From contig CAXXWX010000015.1 of the NCBI GenBank assembly GCA_963675745.2, forward strand, positions 192,001 through 256,000: a stretch of 64,000 nt of DNA. The letters run 5' to 3'. Each line of letters starts with the position of its first letter. The stretch's first letter is position 1. The translations under genes and the position numbers were made by a program. Positions 1 to 10,748 of the stretch are shown one piece after another. Source of the DNA: Phycisphaerae bacterium. Its GTDB lineage: Bacteria; Planctomycetota; Phycisphaerae; UBA1845; Fen-1342. The notes under the pieces were generated by a model that was given only the letters and a program-made list of their open reading frames with translations, was not told the origin of the DNA and ran no database searches.

Positions 1-3000
1 CCGTAGAAGATGCAATTCGTAATCACAGGCGGGTGTCCATACTCGCAGTAAAGCCCGCCGCCGCCGGCGGATGCTGTATTCCCACTGAATGTGCAATTCA
101 CAAACGTCGAGCCAAGATCCCAGATGCAGCAGACGCCGTGCATCGAATTCCCGCTGATCGTACAGTTGGTAAGCGTCGGACCGCTTTCCCAACCGGCGAG
201 GAGGCCACCGCAGCCGGTGGCCGAATTTCCGCTGATTGTGCAGTTGGTGAGCACCGGATCGCTTTCCACGCAGTAGATTCCGCCGGCATCGCCCCCGGGG
301 TCGGCGGTGTTCCCGCCGATTGTGCAGTTGGTGAGTGTCGGACAGCCGTCAGAGCAGTACATGCCCCCACCGAAAGACGTCACTGAGTTCGCGCGGATCG
401 CACAGTCCATGAGAGCCGGAGCGCTCTCATCCTCGGAGAAGACGCCGCCGCCGTCGTCCGCCGTGTTCCCGCTGACTGTGCAGTTGGTCAGGGTAGGGCT
501 GCCGCTATAGCAACCAACGCCGCCACCACCCCCGGCCGCGCTTTCGCAAATCATGCAGTCGGCCAGCGTCGGGTTGCTGCCTGCGCGGCAAAGAACGGCG
601 CCGCCGTAGTCGCCACCGGGGCTACTTTCATCAACGTGGCCATTCCTGATTGTGAGCCATCGCACGGCTGCTTCCGGTCCTTCGCCCTTGTGGAAGTAAA
701 AGCCACGGCCGTCGCCTTCACAGTCGATGACGCACGCGTTCGGAATATTGCTTGCGCTGCTCACCGTGATGGTTCGGCCGTCGAAGTCCAGGTTCTTGTT
801 ACCTGCTCCCGTGTACGTTCCATCCGCAACCACGACTGTGTCACCTTCGTGCCAATGGCACGCGTCAATGGCTGCCTGGATGGTCACCTTCGGGCCGTGC
901 TCGCCATCCCAGGCTGGTGCCAGACCATCCCAAGCGTCATCCCCCCCCGGATCGACATGAAACACACGCGGCGGCACGAGCGGATCGGTGCCATTGATGT
1001 ACTCCTCGAGATTCAGCCGGCCGTCGGCATCATCGTCAGCCGCCGAATCGCCTGCGGTCGCCGAGCCGAAATAGTGCTGCTCCCACCAGTCCGGCAAGCC
1101 GTCACCGTCACCGTCGAGCCACTCATCGGAGCCGATGTCCACGAAATCGCCACTGGTCCGTGGCTCACCATCTATGTCAGTCTGGCCAGCGTAACTCCCG
1201 TTGGGATCCCCGTTTTCCAGACATGGAGAGCCGGCTGTCAAATGGCCGTCCGGAGTCAAGGCCGGGTCCAGTTCGATGCAGCCGGGGCCAAACCATGGCT
1301 CACCGGTCCCGCCCTTGACGTTGCTATAGGTGACGGTCGGATTGCCTCCAAGGAAGAAGATCGCGGTCTGCTTGTTGGTCCATATGACACAGTTGGCGAA
1401 TGCCGGCTCACCGCTGCCACTGCACGAAACGCTGTCGTAGCTGTTGCTCCTGTTGCCGGCGATTGTGCAGCCAGCAAACGTCGGGCTGCCGGCAAAGCAG
1501 CGCACGCCACCACCGCTTCCCTCGCTCCAATTGCCGGTAATCGTGCTATTCGCAAGCGTTGGGCTGCTAGAACTGAAGTAGATGCCACCCCCGCCGGTTT
1601 CGGCCGCGTTTCGGCGGAGTGTGCAGTTGGTGAGCATGGGGCTGCTGCTGTCGCAGTACACGCCGCCGCCGTAGCCGCCACCAGGGCTGCTATCGTGGAT
1701 CTCGCCGTTCGTGATCGTCAGGCCCCGCACGATTGCGTGTGGTCCCTCGCCACCGTGGAAATAGAATCCGCGACCGCTACCTTCGCAATCGATGATGCAT
1801 AACGCAGGATCGCCCGAGGCGCTGCGCACCGTGATCGTTTTCCCATGGAAGTCCAGGTCCTTGTTGCCCGTCCCGGTGTACGTGCCATCGGCGATCTCGA
1901 CGGTGTCGCCCGGCCCCGCCGCGTCGATCGCGGCTTGGATCGTGGGATACTCGCTCGGGACGAGAAGCGTATCACTCTGCTCCTGAAACTCATACGCGCC
2001 CATGTCGACCATCGGAGCCGTGCCGCTCCCGGTATCCGCCAGGCCGGGATCGTCGACGAAACGCGGTGCGTGATCCAGATCCCACGGCGTTGCTTCGGTC
2101 GTGTCGCCGTCGCCATCCAGGTCCAGCGTATCGGCCGGTACGCTCGCGTTATCGCCCGCATCGATGCAGGGCGAGAAGGCCAGCAGCCGGAAGTCGTTGT
2201 CCTGCCACGTGTTCGGGTCGTTGTCGGGCCCGTTGGGATCGACGAAGCGCGGGTCGGCGTCGATGCAACCCGCGCCGAACCAGGTTTCGCCGGCCCCGCC
2301 CTGCACCAAGGAGTATGTGACGACCGGCCCAGCGGGGCCAGAGCCGATCTCGTCCGGCGCGTCGTTCCAGAGGACGCAGTTGGTCAACGTCGGGCTGCTG
2401 AGGTTGCAGTAAATGCCGCCTCCGTAGCTGCCGGCCGTGTTACCCGTGATCGTGCAGTTGGCCAACGTCGCGTTGCTCTCGAACCCGCACCACACGCCAC
2501 CGCCGCGGCCATCGATCGATGAGTTGTCGGCAATAGTGCAGTTGGTGAGGGTCGGGCAGGTGGTATCATTGCAGCAGACTCCGCCACCGTGCTGCACGCT
2601 TGAATTGCCGGTGATGGCACAGTTGGTCAACGTTGGGTTGCTTCCCTCGCAGTGGACGCCGCCACCGCGGTTGCTGGTCGAATTATCGGTTATCTGGCAG
2701 CTGGTCAGCGTCGGGAAGCTGAAGTCGCAGCAGATGCCGCCGCCGTCGTCAGCCGTGTTGTTGGTGATCACGCAGTTTGTCAGCGTCGGATCGCTGAAGG
2801 AGCAGTAGACGCCACCTCCGCCGCCGCTGCCGGAATCGACGTGACCGTTCGTGATTGTCAGACCCTGTACGACTGAGTCTGGGCCTTCGCCGCTGTGGAA
2901 ATGGAAGCCGCGACCGCTGTCTTCGCAGTCGATGGTACAGAGCGCTGGATCGCCGCTGGCACTGCGCACCGTGATCACCTTGCCGCCGAAGTCGAGGTCC

Positions 3001-4496
3001 TTGTTACCCGTCCCGGTGTACGTGCCGTCAGCGATCTCTACGATTTCGCACCACCCAGCCGCATCGATCGCGGCCTGGATCGTGGCGTATTCGCTCGGGA
3101 CGTGCAGCGTCCGCACCTGGAATTCGTACGCGCCCATGTCGACCACCGGAGGTGTGCCGTTTCCAGTATCCGTCGTGCATGGAACGTCGATGAAGCGCGG
3201 CGCTTCATCCAAATCCCAAGGCAGCGGTTCGGTCGTGTTTTCGTCGCCATCGAGGTCCAGCGCATCGGCCGGCACGCTCGCGTTGTCGCCCGCGTCGATG
3301 CAGGGTGAGGTCTCCAGCAGCCGGAAGTCGTTGTCCCACCACGTGTCCGGGTCGTCGTCCGGCCCGTCGGGATCGACGAAGCCCGGCGTGGTGTCGATAC
3401 ACCCGGTTCCGAACCAGGACTCGCCGGTACCGCCCTGCACCAGACTGTACGTGACCACGGGAGTGCCGGGATTGACGTAGATCTCGTCGGGTGTGTCACC
3501 CCAGAGGACGCAATTGGTCAACGTGGGACTGCCGGTGTCACAGCGTAGACCACCGCCGCCATTGTCAGCCGAATTGCCGCTAATCGTGCAGTTGGTCAGC
3601 GCGGGGCTGCTGGCGTCGCAACGCACACCGCCGCCGATGCCGGCCGTATTCGCGCTGATGGTACAGTTGGTCAGCACGATGCCGTCGCCGACGCACAATA
3701 CGCCGCCACCGCCTCCGCCGGCGACAACCGTATTCCCGCTGATCGTGCAGTTGGTGAGCGTTGTGTTTCCGCTGCACGCGATGCCAGCCCCGCCGCCGCT
3801 GACATTCTCAGTGATCGTGCAGTTAATCAGCGTCGGGCTGCCGAGGGTGCACCAGACGCCGCCGCCGACGGTGTAGGCGGTGCCCTCATTGCCACTGATC
3901 GTGCAGTCGGTCAGTAGTGGGCTGCTGTCGCTACAGAAAATGCCAGCGCCTAAGACGAACCAGTCCTCGGAGTCGATCGAATTCGTGTTGATCGTGCAGT
4001 TGGTCAGCGTCGGACTGCCACCGGAGATGTACACGCCTCCGCCGCAGCTACCGGGCCCCGCGCGGTTACCGGTGATCGTACAGTTGGTCAGCACTGGACT
4101 GGCGGCGGTGATGTGCACGCCACCGCCGCCGGGGTCATACTCGACGTACCCATCCGTGATCGCCAACCCATCGACGATCGAGGTGGCCCCCTCCCCGCTG
4201 TGGAAATAGAACCCGCGGCCAGACCCTTGACAATTGATGATACACAGTGCCGGATCGCCCGAAGCGCTGCGCACCGTGATCGCCTTGCCGCCGAAGTCGA
4301 GGTTCTTATTGCCGGCCCCGGTGTACGTACCGTTGGCGACTATGACCACGTCAGCGTTGTTCGGATCAGCCGCGTCGATGGCCGCCTGGATCGTCGGATA
4401 CTCACTCGGCACATGCTGCTCTTCAGCAATGGCAGCGCACGCGATGGCAGCGACAGCAAGCAGCGCGGACCGGGCTTGGAATCGTGAGGTTCTCAT
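1..4496 (-). CDS. Large secreted multi-module right-handed parallel beta-helix (pectin-lyase-like) protein; 3' end runs off the window (>1498 aa)
   Basis: Absent from the ORF track because no stop lies in the window. Manual translation from ATG 4496 (GGGAG RBS upstream) gives MRTSRFQARSALLAVAAIACAAIAEEQHVPSEYPTIQAA. Four modules carry 'TIQAAIDA..GTYTG.GNK.LDF.G..ITV.S' followed by many 'PTLTNCTI.GN' coils. All + strand shadow ORFs from 91 to 4234 share one frame, consistent with a single continuous ORF. Confidence 0.85.
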   Translation of the reverse strand, partial: MRTSRFQARSALLAVAAIACAAIAEEQHVPSEYPTIQAAIDAADPNNADVVIVANGTYTGAGNKNLDFGGKAITVRSASGDPALCIINCQGSGRGFYFHSGEGATSIVDGLAITDGYVEYDPGGGGVHITAASPVLTNCTITGNRAGPGSCGGGVYISGGSPTLTNCTINTNSIDSEDWFVLGAGIFCSDSSPLLTDCTISGNEGTAYTVGGGVWCTLGSPTLINCTITENVSGGGAGIACSGNTTLTNCTISGNTVVAGGGGGGVLCVGDGIVLTNCTISANTAGIGGGVRCDASSPALTNCTISGNSADNGGGGLRCDTGSPTLTNCVLWGDTPDEIYVNPGTPVVTYSLVQGGTGESWFGTGCIDTTPGFVDPDGPDDDPDTWWDNDFRLLETSPCIDAGDNASVPADALDLDGDENTTEPLPWDLDEAPRFIDVPCTTDTGNGTPPVVDMGAYEFQVRTLHVPSEYATIQAAIDAAGWCEIVEIADGTYTGTGNKDLDFGGKVITVRSASGDPALCTIDCEDSGRGFHFHSGEGPDSVVQGLTITNGHVDSGSGGGGGVYCSFSDPTLTNCVITNNTADDGGGICCDFSFPTLTSCQITDNSTSNRGGGVHCEGSNPTLTNCAITGNSSVQHGGGVCCNDTTCPTLTNCTIADNSSIDGRGGGVWCGFESNATLANCTITGNTAGSYGGGIYCNLSSPTLTNCVLWNDAPDEIGSGPAGPVVTYSLVQGGAGETWFGAGCIDADPRFVDPNGPDNDPNTWQDNDFRLLAFSPCIDAGDNASVPADTLDLDGDGDTTEATPWDLDHAPRFVDDPGLADTGSGTAPMVDMGAYEFQEQSDTLLVPSEYPTIQAAIDAAGPGDTVEIADGTYTGTGNKDLDFHGKTITVRSASGDPALCIIDCEGSGRGFYFHGGEGPHAIVRGLTITNGEIHDSSPGGGYGGGVYCDSSSPMLTNCTLRRNAAETGGGGIYFSSSSPTLANSTITGNWSEGSGGGVRCFAGSPTFAGCTIAGNRSNSYDSVSCSGSGEPAFANCVIWTNKQTAIFFLGGNPTVTYSNVKGGTGEPWFGPGCIELDPALTPDGHLTAGSPCLENGDPNGSYAGQTDIDGEPRTSGDFVDIGSDEWLDGDGDGLPDWWEQHYFGSATAGDSAADDDADGRLNLEEYINGTDPLVPPRVFHVDPGGDDAWDGLAPAWDGEHGPKVTIQAAIDACHWHEGDTVVVADGTYTGAGNKNLDFDGRTITVSSASNIPNACVIDCEGDGRGFYFHKGEGPEAAVRWLTIRNGHVDESSPGGDYGGAVLCRAGSNPTLADCMICESAAGGGGGVGCYSGSPTLTNCTVSGNTADDGGGVFSEDESAPALMDCAIRANSVTSFGGGMYCSDGCPTLTNCTIGGNTADPGGDAGGIYCVESDPVLTNCTISGNSATGCGGLLAGWESGPTLTNCTISGNSMHGVCCIWDLGSTFVNCTFSGNTASAGGGGLYCEYGHPPVITNCIFY

Positions 4497-4609
4497 ATCA
4501 CATTCTCCCTCGAATGGGGACGTGCATCCCAAGCCTGGCCGGACTGCCCGCGCCCCATTCGCCGTTTTGTCCACACCAGACCGCTGGTTCGCTGGATACC
4601 CATGAACGA

Positions 4610-5056
4610 CTACTGAGCGGACAACAGCACGAGGAATGCATCGATGTCGCCGTTGTTCGTCCAGCCGTCGCCGTTGATGTCCGCCAGATTAGGGTCGCAG
4701 TCCGGGAAAGTGAGTGCGTATGCGGCCGGATCGGTCAGGGCGAGCGTGAACGGGTCGATGTCGCCGTTGTTGATCCAACCGTCGCAGTTCAGGTCGCCGA
4801 CCTCAAACTGCGACCCGCTTTGCGGCGCGGCCCAGAAACCGCCGGCGAGTCGGAAGTCGCCGCCCGTCATGGTGACGGGGCCGGCGTCGGGCTGGCCTAT
4901 GGTGCCGAAGAGCACCAGGTCGCCGCCGGCAGACCACATAGCGCCGCCACCGTCGATGGTGTGCCAGGGTACTTCGTAATCCTGCGCCAGTGTCAGCATC
5001 GTGACAAGCAGACCAGCGCCGAGGGCGAGAGCTTTTGTTTTTTGGCGCGTATACAT
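4610..5056 (-). CDS. Small secreted protein: 'WHTIDGGG...GTIGQPDAG...GGFW' domain plus C-terminal dockerin-like (double EF-hand) domain
   Basis: Signal peptide ([20 protein letters not shown]); C-terminus [17 protein letters not shown]...[17 protein letters not shown]. Start placed at ATG 5056; the ORF track starts at 5086. Confidence 0.8.
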   Translation of the reverse strand: MYTRQKTKALALGAGLLVTMLTLAQDYEVPWHTIDGGGAMWSAGGDLVLFGTIGQPDAGPVTMTGGDFRLAGGFWAAPQSGSQFEVGDLNCDGWINNGDIDPFTLALTDPAAYALTFPDCDPNLADINGDGWTNNGDIDAFLVLLSAQ

Positions 5057-5139
5057 ATCGATCTCCGCACTTTGGTGCGGCCGCACGCCGGCCGGGACGT
5101 CGATATCGCCTTGCGGCCCTGGCCGACGGTGCCGCGTGG

Positions 5140-6774
5140 TCAGTCAATGGTCACGTCATAGCCCTTGAGCGTCAGGGGCCGGTCGATCACCAGATTCGGC
5201 ACCGCGAACGTGTTGACGCTGCCGGCTTTGAAGATGAGCGTGGTTCCGTCCGGGGCCTCGGCGATGGCCTCCTCGATGCCCCCATAGCTGTTGTCGGGAG
5301 AGCCGTCGCCCGAGCCGCTGGTATTCACAAACTGCACTACGTCGAGCGGTGCCAGGCGATACACCTGGCCCTGGTCGCTATCGAACCAGGGGAAGTCGTT
5401 CGGGTCGTTTGGGTCTGGATTACCGATCTTGTCACAGGAGTACCAATCGTCCCCACCGCCGCCCCAGCCCATGTTCATCAGGAACTGCGGGTCCTCCGGC
5501 GATGTATCGTAGCCGTAGACGACCCAGGCATGGCCACCGCGACGGTCAAAACCATGCATGATCACGGGCCGCAGCCACTGGATCTCATTGATCATCGTCG
5601 ACGTGCTCAGCCCTCCGGACGTGCCATCCGGGTCGTACCGGAAGTGGCTCTCCAACGCACCTGGGACATTCGAAGTAGAGGCACCAGACGCCAGGAGCCC
5701 GAAGTCCATGTGAACACACACCGCGACGTCGTAGCACAGTTCGGCAACGGCGTCGTCGCTGCTGTCCGGCGGATCGGCGTGCTGATCCTGGAGAATCGAC
5801 CAGTCGTACGTATGCATGCCCGGGTAGGCGTAGTATGTCGAGGTGTACTCGTTCATACGTAACCAGAGCATGAACAGCGCATTCCGGTACGCCGCGGCAT
5901 CGCTGTGGTTGTACGCTTCGCTGAACACTGAGTCGTCCCAGTACCCGTTCATGCGCAGTCGGCCGCCATTGGTGGGTGTCCACTCAAGGCGAGTCGGTGC
6001 CCACCACCACCCAGGGAAGTTGGGATCGGTGGACAAGGGCTCCTCAATCCAGCTCGTCTGCCAATGGCACGAGTAATCGACGTGGTCCGAGCCCACACCC
6101 GTCAACGGCCACTTCCAGTAGTACATGAGCTGACACGTCGCCGTGGCGGTGCATCCGACAACGGTGTGCTGATCGGTGTTGGGGTCCGGCGCCGGGCAAT
6201 CGTCATTGTAGGGCGAGCCTTGATCCCATTTGCACGTCAGCGGCAGCTCCATCCTCGTCGGCGCTGCCCGGTCACCGTCGTCACGCGTCATGACCGGAAC
6301 ACGCCCAACCGTCAGATCGGCCCAGAATGCCGCGCGCTCGGTTAGGGCTGGCTGGTAGCGCTGTAGCCGCGGGTCCCGGCGGCCAACGGCAGCGCGCAAT
6401 GCCTTGGTGCGCATATCGATTTCCCAGAGAATGTAGTCGTAATTCGGATTAGCGGTGTCGTAGGTCCCGTGCGGGCTGTAAAGGTACACGGGCAAAACCA
6501 GGTCATCCGCTCCACACAGGCAGAAACCGCCGGCGCTTAGATGGGCGATGTAGCCCGCCGTCTGATTGTCAACGACGTACGGCTCCATCGTTTTGATGAC
6601 TGCCCCGGGCCGGGCGTCGGCGGTGACATGGCGCACCCAGGTGGTGACGGCCGTGCGGACTTCGTCCTCTGTCAACGGGGCCGCGGATACCGGGCCGATG
6701 ACGAAGATGGCCACGGCGAGCATGCACAACGCAGTGCGGCGCGTCCGTGTTGTCTTGGCAGGAATCGTTGCCAT
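5140..6774 (-). CDS. Peptidase family C10 (streptopain/SpeB-like cysteine protease) with N-terminal propeptide
   Basis: Signal peptide; [19 protein letters not shown] (catalytic Cys); [10 protein letters not shown] (His); MNMGWGG (Asn). Confidence 0.85.
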   Translation of the reverse strand: MATIPAKTTRTRRTALCMLAVAIFVIGPVSAAPLTEDEVRTAVTTWVRHVTADARPGAVIKTMEPYVVDNQTAGYIAHLSAGGFCLCGADDLVLPVYLYSPHGTYDTANPNYDYILWEIDMRTKALRAAVGRRDPRLQRYQPALTERAAFWADLTVGRVPVMTRDDGDRAAPTRMELPLTCKWDQGSPYNDDCPAPDPNTDQHTVVGCTATATCQLMYYWKWPLTGVGSDHVDYSCHWQTSWIEEPLSTDPNFPGWWWAPTRLEWTPTNGGRLRMNGYWDDSVFSEAYNHSDAAAYRNALFMLWLRMNEYTSTYYAYPGMHTYDWSILQDQHADPPDSSDDAVAELCYDVAVCVHMDFGLLASGASTSNVPGALESHFRYDPDGTSGGLSTSTMINEIQWLRPVIMHGFDRRGGHAWVVYGYDTSPEDPQFLMNMGWGGGGDDWYSCDKIGNPDPNDPNDFPWFDSDQGQVYRLAPLDVVQFVNTSGSGDGSPDNSYGGIEEAIAEAPDGTTLIFKAGSVNTFAVPNLVIDRPLTLKGYDVTID

Positions 6775-6797
6775 GGTTGTACCCTCCTTCCAAGTGC

Positions 6798-9700
6798 CTA
6801 CTGGAGCGATACCAGGACAAGGACCAGGCCCTCACCCGCATCCAGCGACGTCATGGCCTTGCCGAGGATTGCGCCCTGCGCCTTTGTATGGTCAGCGGCC
6901 TTCATCGCGTGGCCGGGCGTGTCGGAGGTGGTCAGCAGGTCGCCGGGCTCGATGGGGCCACTCGATGCATCGGCCATGACGTAGACGCGGCCGGTCAGCG
7001 CAACGGGGTGCTCACCATCGGCGGCGGAGCCTCTCTGCCCCATCAGCATCCCAGTCTGAACGCCGCCGGCGCCGCTGATCACGCCGGCCACAGTACGGTC
7101 ATATGCGTTCTTGCTAACAACCAGCGCGCCGGGGCTATCCGGGTCGATGCAGACGACCATGCCCGGCATCGGTGTCGCAGTCGCATAGCTGATATCGAAT
7201 TTCTCAGACAGATCGCTGCCGCCGCGGATCTCGAGAATATCGGTGGTAACGCGTCCATCCGACCCATCCAGGGAAATCTGTATGTCACCGTTCGGATCAC
7301 GCACGTCGAAGTAGCCGGCTTCGGTCCCGGTGTCGTCGGGCCAGATTTCGAGCGCGCGGCGCAGCCGGAGCGTGCCGTCATAACCGCTGTGGATGTTGAT
7401 TCCCGGCGTAAGCTCGTCGAGTCGGAACTCGATCCGCCCGGAACCAGGCGTATCGACCGTCGCGTTCCCCGAAAACCAAGTGTTCCCGGTGAACCAGCCG
7501 GCGTAGCCATCCGGGCTGTTCGAGATACCGAGCACGCCGTAGTTCGTGCCCGTCGCGGAGCTGGCGTAGCCGCGCACGGCACAGCCGCTGGCGGTTGAAT
7601 CGGTGACGTCGAGCTTCGCGTCGGGGGTCAGGTCGCCGATGCCGACCTTCCCGCTGTCACGGTCAATAACTACGTGCGCGCCGGTCGGGCCGTCGGCCTG
7701 GCCCAAGATCTGCAATTGATTCTCGCCTCCATCATAGACCAGCGCCATCCCGTACGAGTAATCATCGTCCTCGCCGAGCTTCAATGACGAGAAGCCGCCT
7801 TGCCCCGGTTGGTCTGGCGTGACGAGGATTCCGGCGAAGCTGGAATCGCCCATGACGTGCAGATCGGCCAGTGGGTCGTCGGTGCCAATGCCGACCTCAC
7901 CGTCGACGTCATCGATCCGCAGCGCGTTGATGTACGACGATGCGAGCGTACTCCAGACGCGCAAGCCGATGCCTCCGGCGCCGCTGCGGTTACCGAGCCA
8001 CACGGTATCGCCGGCATCCTTGGCCAATACGACGGATGGCGATCCACTGCTGTCGTCGATGAGAAGGCCCCGGTCGTTGTCCAGCAGGATGTTGCCGCCC
8101 GAGACGTGCAGCCGCGCGTCTGGCGTCGTGGTGCCGATCCCGACATCACCGGCCGGTTCGCAGGTCAGTGCATTGAGGTTCCCCGACGGTCCGTTACCCC
8201 AGATTTCGAAATTGCCCTGACGGCTGCCGGTACCGTTCACCTGAAGGAAAAACCGCTGCTCCACACCCGAGCCAACACCACCACTGGTGTTGGTCAGGCG
8301 GATTTGAGTAACTGCCGTCGAGTCGCTCTCGATAATGAAGTCATCCCACGTCTGCGACGACTTCACGTGCAAAGGCGTATCTGGGGAGTCGGTTCCGATG
8401 CCGACGTTGCCGCCGTCGTAGTAGATGTCTCCCCCAGTCTCCGTCCAAAACGACGAGCCGCCGCCCAGGTCACCGGCTTCGTCGATGACCGTCCCGTCGG
8501 GCAGCATGAAACCGCCGGTGGTTGATCGCACGGTCCCGGCCACGGTGAGCTTGTCGGTCAGGACATCTGTGCCGATGCCGACGCTGTCGGAGAAATAGCC
8601 GCGCCCTTCGAAGTAGCCGGCGTAGCCGTCGGGCGAGTAGGTCTGCCCCAAAACGCCGTAATTCGTACCCGTGGGTTGCATGGCGAGCCCGCGGATTCCG
8701 GCGCCCATCGGTCCGACTGCGACGCCGAGAGCACCAGAACCGCCTTCGACGGTGCTGACGCCGTGCAACCCGGCCGGACTACCTTCACCGTAGACGCCAG
8801 CGCCACTGCCGCCGACATGGCCCCAGTTGCCGCTGGTGCTGTGTTCACCCGCGATGGCCGGGCCAGTATCAGTGTTAGTGACGCTGAACGCGTTTCCGCT
8901 GTCCGCGGCCGTACCGGAATACGGCAACGCGAATCCGCCGCCCGGTTGCCACGTGGCCAGCCAGTGGCGTCAGAGGTCAGCACGTAACCGGCCCCCGCCC
9001 CGGTCGGCAGTTGGAGCCCCGTGGTCTGTACGGTGCCAACAACGTCCAGCATGGTCTCAGGTTGGAGTGTGCCGATACCGACGTAGCCCGATTGAGTAAT
9101 CCTGACGCGGGCCTCGTCGTCATCTGTCCTGGCGCCTGGCGTGTACAGATCGAGGTAGTCACCGAGCGCGGCGTCCCAGCCTGTTCGCAGAATGGTCCGC
9201 GAGCCAAAGTCCTGGTTGGTGACACGAAGCGCCCCGCTGAACGGGAGGGCAATATCCCCGTAGACCGCAAGCCGCGTATCGGGATTGCTGAAGGCGATGC
9301 CCAGGTTGCCTTCATCGGTGAGCCGCAGTATCTCGTTCGGGCTGGCGTTAGGGTTCCAGAAACTCAGCCATTCCTGGTCGAATCGGAGCGTGACGTGGTC
9401 GATCTGCCCGGGCTGCGCTTCAATCATCATCCAGTCGCCTGGCACGCCGCCGGCCCCCATCTGCTCACCGCCGAATCTGCTGACTCCTGCGACGTGCAGG
9501 GCTGCATCGGGATCGTTGGTTCCTATCCCGACCCTGCCGTCGTTGTAGTAGATGTCGCTGCCACTCTCTTCCCACAGGCATGAGCCGCCACCCGTCGCAT
9601 TCAATGCGTAGATGGCGAACGGCGCAGGTGTCAGCTCCTGGCGCGGCAGAAGCTGTGTCCCGTTAACCCAGATCTCCAACCAGCGGGCATCGCCGTTGTA

Positions 9701-9979
9701 GGCGTTGGCTGCGTTGAAGAGGATCTCGGTGCTGAAGAATCCATCGACGACAAGCACGCCGGGGCGTATGTCGCTGTCGATCAGCGTGCCGCCGGTCGCC
9801 GCATCGTAGAGCAAAAACTCCAGATCGGCGGTGGGCAACGGGTACGGAACGCCGGCGCTTTCGAGCCGGCCCTGGTAGGTGATGGCACTGCTCAGAGGCG
9901 TCTGTGGCAGCGCCACGACGGCGCCGAGTGCCGCGACGACCAGGATGGCCGTGGTCGGCCAGGACTTCATCGTTCTCAT
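6798..9979 (-). pseudogene. Fibre/adhesin-like secreted protein (ITYQGRL N-terminal domain, VGIGT repeats, C-terminal chaperone/autoprocessing-like domain) split by a 1-nt frameshift near 8960; pseudogene or sequencing error
   Basis: ORFs 8558-10015 and 6798-8927 overlap in different frames. Adding one base at 'ACT GGC .TG GCC ACG TGG CAA CCG' restores YVLTSDATG-x-ATWQPGGGFALPYSG and a 1060-aa protein. GGAGG RBS before ATG 9979. Confidence 0.8.
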
Positions 9980-10161
9980 TGGTGCATCCTCCCACGAAGC
10001 AGCCATGTCAGACATTCAGTCCCTGCAGGCGGCCGGCGCTGCGGTGCCTGGCGCGCTCTACAGTGATGGGGCGCTTGATTCCCCCCCCTTCAGACGCGAG
10101 AATGAAAGCAGGTACCCGTCAAAAAAAACGGGGGATATTGCGTGCCGGGGAGCGTACCGAC

Positions 10162-10740
10162 GTGGGCGAGCCTTCCGATCCAACGGGACTATTGGTGGGT
10201 GTCTCGTCTGGTGATCGTGAGGCAGAGAATCGCCTGACACCGCTGGTCTATGCGAACCTGCGCGCCTTGGCCGCAAAAATGATGCGCCGCGAGCGCGCCG
10301 ATCACACGCTCCAACCGACGGCACTCGTCCACGAGGCGTACCTGAAGCTGATCGACCAGACGCGTGTGACCTGGAAGAACCGGGCCCACTTCTTCGCGGT
10401 GGCCGCGCAGGCCATGCGGCGCATCCTTATCGATCACGCCCGCAAGCGCGCCGAGGTAAAGCGTGGAGGCCGTCAGTCGCGGCTCGCTTTCGACGAACAG
10501 CTCGTGGCCGAGTATCAGCGCTCGGTAGACCTCGTGGCCCTGAGTGAGGCGCTGGACCGACTAGCCATGCGCGATCCGCTCCTGGTACGCATCGTCGAGC
10601 TGCGCTTCTTCGCCGGACTGACTGTCGCCGAGGCCGCCGAGGTCCTGGGAATGTCCAGCAGCACCGTCGAGCGCGAGTGGCGCTGCGCGCGCGTCTGGCT
10701 GCGCGCGGTTCTTTCCAACGAGGAAGACGCCGGCACATAG
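10162..10740 (+). CDS. ECF-type sigma-70 factor, kinase-associated (TIGR02999-like)
   Basis: LVYANLRALAAKMMRRERADHTLQPTALVHEAYLKL; FFAVAAQAMRRILIDHAR; IVELRFFAGLT..EAAEVL..S.STVEREW; GTG start 10162 after GGGGAG. Confidence 0.9.
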   Translation: MGEPSDPTGLLVGVSSGDREAENRLTPLVYANLRALAAKMMRRERADHTLQPTALVHEAYLKLIDQTRVTWKNRAHFFAVAAQAMRRILIDHARKRAEVKRGGRQSRLAFDEQLVAEYQRSVDLVALSEALDRLAMRDPLLVRIVELRFFAGLTVAEAAEVLGMSSSTVEREWRCARVWLRAVLSNEEDAGT

Positions 10741-10748
10741 GGGGCCCC

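Noticed and set aside
33..4605. Many + strand ORFs rich in 'IVQLVSVG' and 'PPP'
   Set aside because: Antisense shadows of the minus-strand beta-helix gene (PTLTNCTI, GGG).
6798..9979. Prophage, suggested by the tail-fibre-like repeats
   Set aside because: The protein has a signal peptide and no capsid, terminase or other phage genes are nearby.
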